Positions 63,620 to 64,000 of a DNA stretch of 64,000 nt are shown here, one piece after another. Source of the stretch: Heterodontus francisci (Eukaryota). Where the stretch lies: NCBI RefSeq assembly GCF_036365525.1, contig NC_090401.1, positions 61,266,868 to 61,330,867 on the forward strand, read 5' to 3'. Numbering within the stretch: the stretch's first letter is position 1; every line of letters starts with the position of its first letter. The position numbers and the translations under genes are program-made. The notes under the pieces were generated by a model. The model was not told the DNA's origin. It was given only the letters and a program-made list of their open reading frames with translations, and did no database searches.

Positions 63620-64000
63620 TCTAAGTCCTGATGGTGTGTGACTTGGAGACAGTGTTCCCATGCACCTGTTGCCCTTGTTCTTCTGGGTGGTGGAGGTTGT
63701 GGGTTTGCGAAGATACTGGCATAGAAGTTATGGCCAGTTTCTGCTGCGCATCCTGTGGATATAAATGATGAATGTTTAGGCTAGTTGATGAACTGCCAAT
63801 CTGCTTTGTCCTGGATGTTGTCAAGCTTCTTGGCTGTTGCAGCTGCACCAATTCAGGCAGGTGAAGAGTATTGCATCATACTGAACTGACTCGTACATTT
63901 TCAGTGGTGGGAAATAGGGAAGCGAGCTACTTGCTACAGAATACCCAGGCTCTGATCTTTAGCAGCTGCAGCGTTTGTGTGGTTGATCCAGTTGAGCTCC
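63620..64000 (-). mobile_element. CR1/L2-group LINE fragment
   Basis: Similar to 35650-35975. Confidence 0.7.

Overview
Vertebrate genomic DNA, almost certainly from a cartilaginous fish (shark-type HE1/V-SINE, Deu-SINE and CR1 repeats). Host genes I can support: (1) a complete 4-exon liver basic fatty-acid/bile-acid binding protein gene, fabp10 (+, 3420-16773, 126 aa), with a TATA/HNF1/DR1 promoter; (2) two tandem beta-type (GJB1/GJB2-like) connexin genes on the - strand (18195-18863 and 22107-22883), about 98% identical in the channel core but divergent at the N-terminus, C-tail and flanks; (3) a tRNA-Gln(UUG) gene at 40500-40571; (4) the CpG-island promoter and first two coding exons of SRSF10 (+), with exon 2 followed by a U12 AT-AC donor. 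Most remaining sequence is transposon-derived: CR1 and other LINE fragments, RTE 3' ends, SINEs, PIF/Harbinger remnants and MITEs, two solo LTRs, palindromic Penelope-like elements with hammerhead-like cores, and a probable ancient retroviral remnant. The best lead is the connexin pair: gene-conversion-like homogenisation, a D2/G2 difference at the gating-polarity residue, and a frameshifted C-tail in one copy. I found no prokaryote-type system and no clearly new gene family. Repeat boundaries are read by eye and are approximate unless a TSD is quoted.
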